DNA of 64,000 bases from a virus. Taxonomy: Duplodnaviria > Caudoviricetes. The translations under genes and the position numbers were made by a program. The notes beneath the pieces are model-generated. The model was not told the DNA's origin. It saw only the letters and a list, made by a program, of their open reading frames with translations, and did no database searches. Every line of letters starts with the position of its first letter. Within the stretch, counting starts at the first letter, position 1. The stretch covers positions 1,006-65,005 of the IMG/VR virus record IMGVR_UViG_3300028888_000135. One strand, written 5' to 3'. This document shows positions 42,301 through 50,376 of this stretch, piece by piece.

Positions 42301-43444
42301 TATTAATAGATTCAATGGCAGTATCATATGTATCAACTTTAGTAGATAATTTGCGAATATTTTGTGTATTTTCGCCTACTGTTGTTGTTAATCCCGCTAA
42401 TTGAACAGGAACAGAACCATTTGCACCATTATAAAAATCATTATATAAAGTAGGGTAACTATTAGTAAGAGAAAATTCATTTAAATCGGGTTTGCCATAT
42501 CTCGCAATTATTTTTTTACTAGAATCATTTGGGTCTTGTTCAAAAGTATAACCATATAGCAATGTAAGCGCAGTATTCACATCTCCAACCAAATCAGAAG
42601 TGCTACCGGTGGTACCACCTTCCATACCTAATACACCTTTTATAGCATCAATTTGTGCTTGTATAGGAGATAAATCTACTGTAGCGGTTTCTAAATCATT
42701 TAAACGAGTAGTAATCGTTTTTTGATAATTTGTTATAGTCCCATTATTATAATAATATGTACCAACTAAAGATTGAATATCATTAATTGAAGACTGAATA
42801 TTACTATCAGATGTTTCCAATGCTGCGACACGTGAGGTTAAAGTACCACTTCCTGAGCCATTACCTACTTGTGTTTCTAAATTAGTTAAACGAGCTCCAA
42901 CTGTTTTAGTATTATCAGAATTATAGGTGCTTATAGCAGTACCGAGCACATTTTTTATACTAGTAATATTAGCATTTATAGTATTTATTCCTAAAGCGGC
43001 GATTTGGGCAGAAACCCACGCTTTAAAAGAAGAATACCCCTCATTATAAACATTACTATTTTCACCATAAATATCTTTTATTTTTACAAATGAATTGATA
43101 GTAGTGTTAAAATCAGATAGCTGTTCGTTTATAGATGTTTGTGCCGCGTTTAATTCTTGTTGGATAGCATTTCGTGCAGCAGTCAAACTGTCACTGATAT
43201 TTGAAGTTACACGAGCAATTATTCCTTCTTCATCAATATTTGCAGTACGAGCATCTAAACTATGTATGGAATCAACCATATCAAGCATTTCATTTCTTAA
43301 TTTTTGTATATAAGTTCTATTATCAAAAATGCCTTCTTCAGCATGGTCAAGCGCTGCTTCTGTAATAATGTCGCCATCATTCCAATTTTTTAAATCGTAA
43401 TTTTCTACGGCATCATTTAAAGTCCAATTTGCATTTACAGCCAT
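36380..43444 (-). CDS. Giant 2354-aa protein: coiled coil + LamG-like + CotH-kinase-like + LRR domains
   Basis: QGTSSQEYKRKNYK, GVDGYP, GKYNFNNDKG, MVDNRAKN and PYDMDTA motifs; L..L.L repeats in the distal part. Confidence 0.7.
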   Translation of the reverse strand: MAVNANWTLNDAVENYDLKNWNDGDIITEAALDHAEEGIFDNRTYIQKLRNEMLDMVDSIHSLDARTANIDEEGIIARVTSNISDSLTAARNAIQQELNAAQTSINEQLSDFNTTINSFVKIKDIYGENSNVYNEGYSSFKAWVSAQIAALGINTINANITSIKNVLGTAISTYNSDNTKTVGARLTNLETQVGNGSGSGTLTSRVAALETSDSNIQSSINDIQSLVGTYYYNNGTITNYQKTITTRLNDLETATVDLSPIQAQIDAIKGVLGMEGGTTGSTSDLVGDVNTALTLLYGYTFEQDPNDSSKKIIARYGKPDLNEFSLTNSYPTLYNDFYNGANGSVPVQLAGLTTTVGENTQNIRKLSTKVDTYDTAIESINTKYSGSDIVTYQDSGNTYLALKKDRTQDVAQSEEDIQSDTKIDYVLLPKMGGGGGIEYELDANIIPQGQLPIFPVNKIITLGNTYEANFIWQVTQNNTPQSLNGVLTVRLNNIVVDTIYIMSNTNFTLNLGQYITSTGNNSFVLLVSNPAVRQRTLYDTITVYNAVLTSTFNHNIIQTGSTINFPYVAAIGSTTVEKTLHIQIDDNDITLTGNVSTSESLRSVTFAIPAAGDHILKIWFTASITNNGLNSTLTSNVLSYGILCGESNNTRIVTNLTQTSIEQYNVLRFDYLVVTPNMETTLVNFYINDSATPIPYRVPAEHNTFEYPVTQAGGTLTIRIEANGVEKILQLEVITSTAYDFSIVDEGLKVKLDAEGRTNVGNNSDLIQWTNTAVLENDDPYKQYYGTLNNNFLFYSENNYDGWLRNANGHNFLRLRNRDKVNINLPVFNFSISNGKILDGMTFEIDFQTSNVTDYTAPIISCFEQDNAQSKSIIFTPQGLTINNTTELKTQFKEEERLTITIVVENSDNGPLYQLFKIYINGILSAATIYETTALNFADISKGVIQIGSEKCTLDIYSIRFYNRPLTFPEVIKNWIANEDIYQNKINYFNRNNYGANQGRITMTDNAFTLASPNTPYMIITGEGDWNNEDGLNAMPTTKAAGTFSTEDKQIVVEYIDPLDSTKSFTTNFEGGSVGVALQGTSSQEYKRKNYKIKLNVFRQNGITHVKKPAKSANKDEYYTDNTYTELKEGYTDEGYKLIDTSIPTFTFCIKADVASSESANNVQLVKLYNDIVKGIELTPPQGDNPNIRQGVDGYPMVVWYFNNKTKQYIFLGKYNFNNDKGTEEVYGFKDGDESWEVGNNEKLLCFFDESEDPTWENWRTAFETRFPDDDDSLTKKEDPYTDEQIADRLAGLREMVHWVSSKVIWDDNTKSSVHFNITTTSEDIANAARTGKTAEEEAFKREFKQYFNMNLITFFYVFTEFFLMVDNRAKNMFLTRYKVSSTRPNSSSWHNAYDSNVVELASSTSTRDTYTGWFSLPYDMDTAIGTNNVGVYTFDYHYETGDLQPNGSPIFNGQQSKLWVAFTQVFPSEIQSMYTRFQTNISYTSLENSFEAHQGVWSETVVNEDMDAKYIDWITAYDANNQPLTRDTRALPMLLGLKTEQRKWWLENRFKYFNSKYAIDANTDFISLGARSGLLHIPVSVYADAYVTFKVGAQDSAPTTIRLAAGQSGIIERNATGEGGSDRVESSVSPASRISSIENLASLDLLNVDFTRATRLQTLRLGSANITNTRLTSISLSGNKLLRLFDLRNYAAYTADLSVNECYNLEYIYLSGTQITNVNLPQGGVLKTIQYPTTINTIRIINQPYLENLIIGAFLPADEITDSKHEVLFNGNNDYSNITSVVLDNVGLVDYTYEYDEDNKPIVKSVKTSLNIPEIITDNDNITNCSLSNQIFVMSGNDFKEFFDQLDKINASVKNCTIYLETALPANFTASDITAKFDFKIYGKTEDGYDEYYNVYFYGFNRELIGISSVVKGTSIEGPTSYFTDKYLDNYNGLTEENKSEHPTRIGFGGWNPAPINIQSDLLEVRPIPRDEYRMEYHYLDENVQPKIIYTYLAAGEEITGITINNFIKDYYTYKLKHWTSDSNIPENYPNDDERASVYATINIVNKQAQVEAWYAVYNHDEPTVYNISVYNTNINGEKVGDPIAVLRRTVIAGTTVGNTITASALEQYKPAINVLAADGSNELNVPIDERKYQFLGWNPRIDSNFNLRVTGDQDILLTYYKTDDYYTNYFLNKLTKCTLNNISSINDGAFYHNTNFVKLETTATTIGRYCFANFTDNNIRNYLIFNGNGDITLGDHCFYGINNAIIIFNNTGHIIVDSSCFYRVTNCIIITPNATLPIINATDAIGSFDNFLNSSNTLYVNSTIYDDIYNSTNANNYSIPTYLINTAKERIVPITEGNQATVNSLIEEANNA

Positions 43445-43472
43445 TTTATCACCCCTCCTTCACGGGTAAAAT

Positions 43473-43500
43473 AAAAAGAAGAAAGTTTATACTTTCTTCT
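43473..43500 (-). terminator. Intrinsic terminator
   Basis: AGAAGAAAGT/ACTTTCTTCT + U-tract on the minus strand. Confidence 0.6.
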
Positions 43501-43720
43501 ACCAAGGGTTATCGTAAGGCACCGTGAGCCAAATACGATAGATTTTATTATTTAAACGTTCTTTAAAATCTTGCGGATGCGCCAATATTTCATTTTGAAG
43601 AATTGAATATCTTTCATATTCTTTATTATATTTTTGATATTCAATTACATAAAATAAGGCTTCTCTATTTAATCCGCCATATTGTAAAAAGCTATTATAA
43701 TCACTTATAAATGAAGCCAT
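43499..43720 (-). CDS. Hypothetical protein
   Basis: ORF track; RBS. Confidence 0.55.
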   Translation of the reverse strand: MASFISDYNSFLQYGGLNREALFYVIEYQKYNKEYERYSILQNEILAHPQDFKERLNNKIYRIWLTVPYDNPW

Positions 43721-43854
43721 TATGCTCCCTCCAAATTACGCTTTTCCCGCTCAAGTGCGGCAATAAGCTTCATATTCATAGCCTCTCCGCGGGCCTTCAT
43801 AAGATTGATACGATAATTAATCAGTGCAATTGTAGTTTCCTTACTATATACCAT
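43720..43854 (-). CDS. 44-aa hypothetical protein (not in ORF track)
   Basis: Hand-translated MVYSKETTIALINYRINLMKARGE...; RBS; stop overlaps the next start. Confidence 0.55.
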   Translation of the reverse strand: MVYSKETTIALINYRINLMKARGEAMNMKLIAALEREKRNLEGA

Positions 43855-43868
43855 ATTCCTTTTCCTCC

Positions 43869-44408
43869 TTAATCCCATAGGCAATCAAAATGTTTTCCTA
43901 ACTCATGAAATGTATTTTCTATTAAGACTTGCCGCTCTTTGGAAATTTCTTCCATTCTAGCAAAGTAAAGTTCTTTGATTTCATTATAATGATCGCTTTT
44001 ATTATAGCTAATCATCTTATGACCCAAATCGTCAATAACTTCTACACGCGCTTCTTTAGATACATTATCCCATTCTTCCGCAAACTCATTTTTAGTAGTA
44101 TACCAAAAATCTTCATCATTGAAAGTTTCTATGACATCCGCTACACTATGAAGCCAATCATGCCATTTTTCAGGTGTCTCAAAAGGTTCGCTCCCTGGAT
44201 AAGCGCTACCATAGTCTGCCATATGGCGAAGCATCGACGGCAGCACTAAACAAAACCAAGTATTAATATTCCATACATCAGTATAGCAATAGCCTTTTGT
44301 CGCGCGCATCCAAGCAGCCTTTAAATTTATAGCAACTTCTTTAAAAAATTTAATAGGATGTCTAAAATAATAAGATGGACGAAACCAAAGTTTAAAAACA
44401 TTATTCAT
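43869..44408 (-). CDS. Conserved phage hypothetical protein
   Basis: ORF track; Trp-rich helical. Confidence 0.65.
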   Translation of the reverse strand: MNNVFKLWFRPSYYFRHPIKFFKEVAINLKAAWMRATKGYCYTDVWNINTWFCLVLPSMLRHMADYGSAYPGSEPFETPEKWHDWLHSVADVIETFNDEDFWYTTKNEFAEEWDNVSKEARVEVIDDLGHKMISYNKSDHYNEIKELYFARMEEISKERQVLIENTFHELGKHFDCLWD

Positions 44409-44655
44409 TTCTTATTTCTCCAAATTCGGTATCAACTTCTTCTGCTAGCTTGCGGCCGCAAACAGGACAATAATTTATTTCAATTTCGCCATCAATATCA
44501 GCATAGCCAAAATATCCACCATCCAAAGAACCCCAAATTTCAATATAGGGATTGCCTCGTCTAGTTTCAATGGCCGCGCGCAAGCCTAGATCAGAATAAA
44601 CATTAAAACTTTCATTATTTTCACAATATTTACACATATTATATTCTACTCCCAT
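44401..44655 (-). CDS. Zinc-ribbon protein
   Basis: CKYC...YCPVCGR. Confidence 0.65.
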   Translation of the reverse strand: MGVEYNMCKYCENNESFNVYSDLGLRAAIETRRGNPYIEIWGSLDGGYFGYADIDGEIEINYCPVCGRKLAEEVDTEFGEIRNE

Positions 44656-44965
44656 CTAATTGTTTTAAATATCTTACATATCCTTCTGCTTCTTCTATTG
44701 TATCATAAACGCAATAGTTATCAAAATCATCATCAATACTTTTATCAAAAACAGGTTTGCCCCATTCAAATTTAGTTATTGCCCTAATACAATATTCTTG
44801 TCCATGAATTTTAAAAATAGAAACAACATTTTCATTCCGAGCGAATTTATTGTATAAATCAATGATGTAGCCTATTGAGATGTCTTGCGAAGGCTTCCTC
44901 ATCTTCGTAATCTTCAAACTCCAAGAACACATGATTTTCAATCCACTCTGTATAAATGTCGTCAT
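44639..44965 (-). CDS. Hypothetical protein (start may be internal, MRKPS)
   Basis: ORF track. Confidence 0.55.
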   Translation of the reverse strand: MTTFIQSGLKIMCSWSLKITKMRKPSQDISIGYIIDLYNKFARNENVVSIFKIHGQEYCIRAITKFEWGKPVFDKSIDDDFDNYCVYDTIEEAEGYVRYLKQLDGSRI

Positions 44966-44994
44966 ATTGTGCCTTTCTCACACTAATTCCTCCT

Positions 44995-45255
44995 TTAAAA
45001 TCCACTGAATTTATAAACTAGAATATTACCATTTTTATGACTTACTTCCATCCAATAACGATGGCGCATAGCCCACGCTTCTGCTTGTTTAATCTCATCT
45101 TCTTTAAGAGGATAATAAAAACTAGTTTTTCCTAATTCTTTCATTTCTTCTACACGCATATCAAGAGAATAATGAAGGGCTGGTATAGAATTTTTCTTTT
45201 TAAATAAAGTCATAGTTCTTTCTTCAAATGTCCTTTCACAAGATTTTTCATACAA
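44995..45255 (-). CDS. Hypothetical protein (probable start MTLFKKK)
   Basis: ORF track. Confidence 0.5.
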   Translation of the reverse strand: MYEKSCERTFEERTMTLFKKKNSIPALHYSLDMRVEEMKELGKTSFYYPLKEDEIKQAEAWAMRHRYWMEVSHKNGNILVYKFSGF

Positions 45256-45932
45256 TTTGCTAAGTCATTATCCCAAGATGAAATTAATTCTTGCTCTAAT
45301 TTTGAATGTAAAATTTTATAATAATCACGACTAACAGTAGCAAAATGTTTCATATCCCCAAAAGTAGCAAAAATAGCCTCTTTTGTAGGAAGTTCTTTTT
45401 CTTCATTAAAACGAAGTTCGCGAGCGTCAGTAAATACTTGCTTTTCTCCCCAAGTTGTGCTATCCATAATAAAGTCATGCTCTACTAGAAAATAACAAAG
45501 ATTGGTAAGATACAGAGCGCGCGAAGCAGATTTGCGATTGACCCCATAGCGGTCAAGTGAGTTCTTAATCATTCCCTCAACCGTAACAATAAACTTATCC
45601 CAAACTGAAAAAATATATCCTTCTCTGTATGCCTTCCGCACCTTATTGAGATAGAAATCAAAATAAGGGTCTTTTACTTCGCTATGCTGTGAAAAGAGAA
45701 GTTCAATAGCATTGATATTACCATTACGAACATTCTTATCAAAAGTAAGAACACTCATGACATTATAATGTTCGCTATCATACTTTTCAGGCAAATCATT
45801 CTTATCTACTTTATGGTAAGTATAAAAATCTTCAAATTCAGGCATCATAATAACTTTGTAGTCGTAATCAGATTCAGGGCCATCCAATCTGTAATTCTGG
45901 GAACCGTAACATATTTTTGCGACTTCCTTCAT
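45210..45932 (-). CDS. Pol-beta-family nucleotidyltransferase
   Basis: YGSQNY.L...ESDYD (GS..DxD); NGNINAIELLF. Confidence 0.8.
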   Translation of the reverse strand: MKEVAKICYGSQNYRLDGPESDYDYKVIMMPEFEDFYTYHKVDKNDLPEKYDSEHYNVMSVLTFDKNVRNGNINAIELLFSQHSEVKDPYFDFYLNKVRKAYREGYIFSVWDKFIVTVEGMIKNSLDRYGVNRKSASRALYLTNLCYFLVEHDFIMDSTTWGEKQVFTDARELRFNEEKELPTKEAIFATFGDMKHFATVSRDYYKILHSKLEQELISSWDNDLANCMKNLVKGHLKKEL

Positions 45933-45933
45933 T

Positions 45934-46359
45934 TTATTTTCCTTTCTTATAGAATCTTTCTTCTACATATCCTTCCGCATCAGTATAACAAACTGTTCTT
46001 ATGCCTAAATCGCGCAAAAGTTTTTCACAGCCGGGACAACACTTCGCGAGAGCCATTTGTCCATTTTTATGTTCTCTATAAATATAAACCACTACGTCTT
46101 TGAAATCAATATCCAAATAACGAATCTTTCTATAAAGATTGGTTTCGGCGTGCGCGCGGGCGGGTTTCAGCATTATATCGCTTTTATCTTCTATACGATA
46201 GCGGTTATAATAATATTGAGTAGTGTTGGTTTTTGAAGTATTGTGCGCGCGAGCAAGTATAAATTTATCCTTATATACCGCCAATGCGCCCAAGTGCGCT
46301 CCATGATAATCAGACAAGTGACTTTCTTTTTTAGCTTCTTCAAAAAACCGCTCTTTCAC
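45934..46359 (-). CDS. Cytidine/dCMP-deaminase-like zinc protein
   Basis: HAE...C.GC zinc motif (AHAETN; AKCCPGCE). Confidence 0.8.
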   Translation of the reverse strand: MKERFFEEAKKESHLSDYHGAHLGALAVYKDKFILARAHNTSKTNTTQYYYNRYRIEDKSDIMLKPARAHAETNLYRKIRYLDIDFKDVVVYIYREHKNGQMALAKCCPGCEKLLRDLGIRTVCYTDAEGYVEERFYKKGK

Positions 46360-46390
46360 TAAATATTTTCTCCCTTCCTTTGATATAATT

Positions 46391-46419
46391 ATTATATCAT
46401 AAATTTAAGAGTTAGTCAA
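46391..46419 (-). promoter_or_regulatory. sigmaA-type promoter with -35 inside an 11-bp inverted repeat (46409-46433)
   Basis: TTGACT-17bp-TATAAT; GAGTTAGTCAA/TTGACTAACTC. Confidence 0.8.
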
Positions 46420-47237
46420 ATATTGACTAACTCATTTATATATTCTGGATGTTCTTGAAAGGAAGGGATAACCATTACTACTTTCCAACGTTTACGAGGG
46501 ACTTCAATTTTAGTACCATCTGGCCGCGTAAAAGTTTCTACACATTCATGTTTACGCACGCAAACGCCTTTGCGATAGAAAGAAAGAATAAAATTCCAAT
46601 CAACCTTATGTTGTTCTTGCATCATTTGCTTGCGTTCTTCTGTTGATTTGCCTTCAAGCTCTTTATCAGAAAACAATGTGCGCGCAACCATACTTACAGC
46701 ATTACGCTCACAATCTTTTTGCCGCCAAAGAAAATAGTTATTTACTTCTTCTTTGGGGAGCACAAAAGCACGACAATCAAACACAGCTAATTTACTTTCC
46801 TGTGCCTTATAATGTGCTTCAATCCATTCTGGAATAATAAAATCATTTTCTTCGCAATCTTCAATAAAGTCTTTAATCGCCAGTTCATGTGCCTTGTAGA
46901 AAAACACAGAAGCCATACTTGCGGCGACACTACACATTTTTTGTAGATTTTTGCCAAACCAAGGCTCGGTTTCAAGAGCATCATAATCTGTTAGAAGAAT
47001 AGAGATTTCATCGCTCTGAACATAAGCCATCTTCGCGCCAGAAATATTTTGACAAAGCTGTTTTGCCGTATCCCACATGGCCTCCATAAATACACGATCA
47101 AAAGGCTTATTAAAACCCTTTGTATAACTATGAAAAGCCTTACCATCCAGTCGCAAAATACAAGGCATCCTTCTTGGAAGATAAAAACGATTTACATTCT
47201 CATACGCCTTAAAGCGGTCGCCCATTTTATCAATCAT
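46416..47237 (-). CDS. thg1: tRNA(His) guanylyltransferase / Thg1-like 3'-5' polymerase
   Basis: ILRLDGKAFHSYT, YVQSDEISILL, FDCR, NYFLWRQKDC..NAVS. Confidence 0.92.
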   Translation of the reverse strand: MIDKMGDRFKAYENVNRFYLPRRMPCILRLDGKAFHSYTKGFNKPFDRVFMEAMWDTAKQLCQNISGAKMAYVQSDEISILLTDYDALETEPWFGKNLQKMCSVAASMASVFFYKAHELAIKDFIEDCEENDFIIPEWIEAHYKAQESKLAVFDCRAFVLPKEEVNNYFLWRQKDCERNAVSMVARTLFSDKELEGKSTEERKQMMQEQHKVDWNFILSFYRKGVCVRKHECVETFTRPDGTKIEVPRKRWKVVMVIPSFQEHPEYINELVNI

Positions 47238-47251
47238 AATTTTATCCTTTC

Positions 47252-48040
47252 TTAATAATTCTCTTCGTTGTAAGTATTGCTATAACCATCGTGATAACCA
47301 GAATAATCAAGCAGTATATAATGACCGTCAATGTCTCCTAGATTATTCTGATGAAGGTCATTTACATTTTTACGTAAAAGAAAATCGGTAATACGATGAT
47401 ATTCTTCTTCACCATATTGACGAATAAAATCCACTGCAACAATAAGATTCTCATTACGCATAGGACTATAAATTTTTTGGGCCTTATTTATATATTCGTT
47501 GTCATCATAAGTGCCCGCGATACCCATAGGACGATGTGGCTTCGCCTTTGGATAGGCATAAAGCGGCACGGAGATAGTAATATCATGAATATCACCAAAA
47601 TCATCTTCGTGTTCCATAAAATCTTGTTCAAATTCACGCCAATCATAGCCATACCAATTTATATGACGAGAAATTTCATCATAATCATAAAAATGAATGA
47701 TTCTGGTATAAGTACCTAAATAGACACATTCAGCAAAATACTGATTGAGATTCTCGCGGCTAGCTTCATTATAGATATATTCTTCTCGCTCACAGGCGTA
47801 GCCCATAGCATCAGTTTCAACATCAAATTTGACAACATAATCATAGTTGTCATCTACAATGCAACCACGGGTCGCCCCAAATTTGATGTTCAAATTTTCT
47901 GGTAAGGCTTCATCATCGTAACTACCATAAAAATCGTCTGACGAGTATGGGGCCTGCCAAAAGGTTTCAAAGAAAAGAGAAGTATCCAGCATGTCATTCA
48001 AAATGGAAGAGAAATGCGCGAAAACCTCATTTTTATTCAT
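47252..48040 (-). CDS. Protein-kinase-like protein
   Basis: GATR...YVVKF, E..E..IY, DLHQNNLG, LLDYSG; start at MNKNEV after RBS and promoter. Confidence 0.7.
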   Translation of the reverse strand: MNKNEVFAHFSSILNDMLDTSLFFETFWQAPYSSDDFYGSYDDEALPENLNIKFGATRGCIVDDNYDYVVKFDVETDAMGYACEREEYIYNEASRENLNQYFAECVYLGTYTRIIHFYDYDEISRHINWYGYDWREFEQDFMEHEDDFGDIHDITISVPLYAYPKAKPHRPMGIAGTYDDNEYINKAQKIYSPMRNENLIVAVDFIRQYGEEEYHRITDFLLRKNVNDLHQNNLGDIDGHYILLDYSGYHDGYSNTYNEENY

Positions 48041-48074
48041 AAAATGAATATCTCCTTTTTCACTTTCTATAAAT

Positions 48075-48103
48075 ATTATAACAGAATTTTTAAGAAAAGT
48101 CAA
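48075..48103 (-). promoter_or_regulatory. sigmaA-type promoter
   Basis: TTGACT-17bp-TATAAT. Confidence 0.8.
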
Positions 48104-48489
48104 TAATTAATTTCTATTAAATTTGTGGTACTAGTATCAATTGTGTAAAACCAATTCACCCAAGGAGAGCGGGCACCATGAGTATTCATGCGATAATCAT
48201 TATTCCATTTATCTACTTCTTTTATAATTTCTTCCTTATTAAAAGAATCAATATGCTGTATTTTTTGTTCTAATTTATAATAACGTTCTTCATACTCTGC
48301 TTGATTAATAGGAGCGGCACAAAGGCTAACGATAAGAAACACTAATGTTAAAAATAGTGCCGTACCGCCAATAATACTAAAAACACATGCTAATATATCT
48401 ATTAAATCTTCATGCCAAAATTTATTATTACAATATACTAATATTATAGCAGATGCAGTAATAAGAATCAAAACAATAATTAATAACAT
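48100..48489 (-). CDS. Membrane protein with two TM helices
   Basis: Two hydrophobic N-terminal segments. Confidence 0.6.
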   Translation of the reverse strand: MLLIIVLILITASAIILVYCNNKFWHEDLIDILACVFSIIGGTALFLTLVFLIVSLCAAPINQAEYEERYYKLEQKIQHIDSFNKEEIIKEVDKWNNDYRMNTHGARSPWVNWFYTIDTSTTNLIEINY

Positions 48490-48498
48490 ATTTTCTCC

Positions 48499-48780
48499 TT
48501 ATAAATTATCGCAATATTCCTCTCTATCGGTATAGGTAAAACGAGTTACATCAATATCAGTATATCCCTTCTTTGCTAAATTCATACCGAAACGTACAGC
48601 ATCAATGAAATCATCAGCGGTGAATAAATCACGGCCTATAATGGCATCTTCCGGGCACTCGCATAAATCTCCGACTTGAAATTTTCCTTTAAAATTGTCA
48701 TGATCCCAACATAAAGTTTGCGAATCAATTCCATCTTTGTAATAATCATAATTTTCTAGTAATCGCATTGGATATTTCAT
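48499..48780 (-). CDS. Hypothetical protein
   Basis: ORF track; RBS. Confidence 0.6.
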   Translation of the reverse strand: MKYPMRLLENYDYYKDGIDSQTLCWDHDNFKGKFQVGDLCECPEDAIIGRDLFTADDFIDAVRFGMNLAKKGYTDIDVTRFTYTDREEYCDNL

Positions 48781-48781
48781 A

Positions 48782-48988
48782 TTATTCTCCTTTATTTAAC
48801 ATAGAATTTATTAAATCTGACATTGAGCAGTTCGTATTTTGAGTTTGCATTATTTGATTTGTAGCCAATGAATAAGGAGTATTTAGTATAGGATTTTCTA
48901 ATGTAGCGTGTGCTTCTCCCATACCATTAATTATTATATTCAATAATGTTCCACAACATGGGCAAATTACAGTTCCATAATTAGTCAT
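48782..48988 (-). CDS. Hypothetical protein
   Basis: CPCCG motif; coupled to neighbours. Confidence 0.55.
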   Translation of the reverse strand: MTNYGTVICPCCGTLLNIIINGMGEAHATLENPILNTPYSLATNQIMQTQNTNCSMSDLINSMLNKGE

Positions 48989-49289
48989 CTTCTAAAAGCC
49001 CCGTTCTTCGTATCATATCTTCCCATGAAATAGATGAAGGATATTTCCACCATTCATTATCATAGATGTCATCTGTTCTGCTATTGTCTTTATAAATCCA
49101 TTCGGACTTAGCTGTACTACTACCACTACTATAAGTTACTCGCCTATCATTACAATACAGACAAAAGGATTGTGTAGGACTATAAACTCTATGACATTTG
49201 GGACATTCCCATCCCTGTTGAATAAAACCATAATCAGGATTATACATAATATTCACCTCATAACGGTATAAGTAAGATACCGCAATCAA
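48981..49289 (-). CDS. Zinc-ribbon protein (probable start MYNPDY)
   Basis: QQGWECPKCHRVYSP...C.YC. Confidence 0.65.
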   Translation of the reverse strand: MIAVSYLYRYEVNIMYNPDYGFIQQGWECPKCHRVYSPTQSFCLYCNDRRVTYSSGSSTAKSEWIYKDNSRTDDIYDNEWWKYPSSISWEDMIRRTGLLEDD

Positions 49290-49399
49290 TCATTAGTGCG
49301 GCGAACACAATACTTAAAGTACTCCATGTCCACCTATCTTGTTCTAAAAAATAAAGAAAACTAAATATACCACCGGCGACAAAGCACCAAGCAACTATA

Positions 49400-49636
49400 T
49401 CAAGAATCATCTTTTACTTCTCCTTCTCCTTCATAATTTTTATCATATTCTATTTCATTTGCATGTTTACATAGTGGACAATATACTAAATTAGCACCAT
49501 AAATATCACTCTTTTGTATATTAGCTAAAACAGCACCACAGCCTTGACATATAATCATAATGCCAGGGTATTTTTGAGATAAAACTTCCATACTATGCGC
49601 GGCCTCCTGGCCAGCTACCATCATGGGTAGAATCAT
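49400..49636 (-). CDS. Zinc-ribbon protein
   Basis: CQGCG...CPLC. Confidence 0.55.
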   Translation of the reverse strand: MILPMMVAGQEAAHSMEVLSQKYPGIMIICQGCGAVLANIQKSDIYGANLVYCPLCKHANEIEYDKNYEGEGEVKDDS

Positions 49637-49674
49637 AAATTACAAAGAATATGATAAACAAACATAAAACCAAA

Positions 49675-49929
49675 CTAATAGACATCTACTATATCATCCT
49701 CATTACAAAAACTGTCTTCCATTACATCGTAATGCCAGCCATCTTCGCCCTCTGATCGCCATTCGCACCAGCCACTGTACCGCCCAACTTCATCAGGAAT
49801 ATAATCACTAATAAAATAAGGACAGTCGCGGCAAAAGCGAATATTAACAGGAGTGGAATGCGCGAAAAGATACATACTTTCTATCTCACTTACTAATTCG
49901 CGCACATCATCTTCACTATAATATTTCAT
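49675..49929 (-). CDS. Cys-rich protein, tandem paralog 2
   Basis: P.NIRFCRDCPYF...C...DSFCNED. Confidence 0.65.
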   Translation of the reverse strand: MKYYSEDDVRELVSEIESMYLFAHSTPVNIRFCRDCPYFISDYIPDEVGRYSGWCEWRSEGEDGWHYDVMEDSFCNEDDIVDVY

Positions 49930-50215
49930 CTTTTATCTTATCCTCATTACAGAAATCTGTGTCATCTACACGGACATAGTAAGGTACGTGTTCATCTGAA
50001 AAACGAAGGCACCGACCGTGAATAATACCTGGGTCTGGTTGTATTCCATTTATATCAAATAACGGGCAATCGCGGCAGAAACGAACCTTAATATTTGCGG
50101 GAACAGTTTTATCTTCTGTGAGATAAGGTTCGGTTTCATCTATAATATCTAAAATTTTATTTAAACGAGTATCTTTAAGATACTGTTCAAGAATTTCACG
50201 GCTATAATATGTCAT
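49916..50215 (-). CDS. Cys-rich protein, tandem paralog 1
   Basis: PANIKVRFCRDCPLF...C...DTDFCNED. Confidence 0.65.
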   Translation of the reverse strand: MTYYSREILEQYLKDTRLNKILDIIDETEPYLTEDKTVPANIKVRFCRDCPLFDINGIQPDPGIIHGRCLRFSDEHVPYYVRVDDTDFCNEDKIKDEIL

Positions 50216-50373
50216 TATTCATACCTATCCATTTCTTTATTAATCTTTTCTAGTAACTCAGTAAGCATATTTTTCATTCCTAATAAAGTGGGATAATTTG
50301 TATGCTTAAACCACTCTGTATTGTTAAAGCATTCTTTAAAGAGATAATAAATACAAGATTCATGTTTGTTCAT
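50215..50373 (-). CDS. 52-aa hypothetical protein (not in ORF track)
   Basis: Hand-translated MNKHESCIYYLFKECF...; fills the gap with coupled start/stop. Confidence 0.5.
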   Translation of the reverse strand: MNKHESCIYYLFKECFNNTEWFKHTNYPTLLGMKNMLTELLEKINKEMDRYE

Positions 50374-50376
50374 GTA

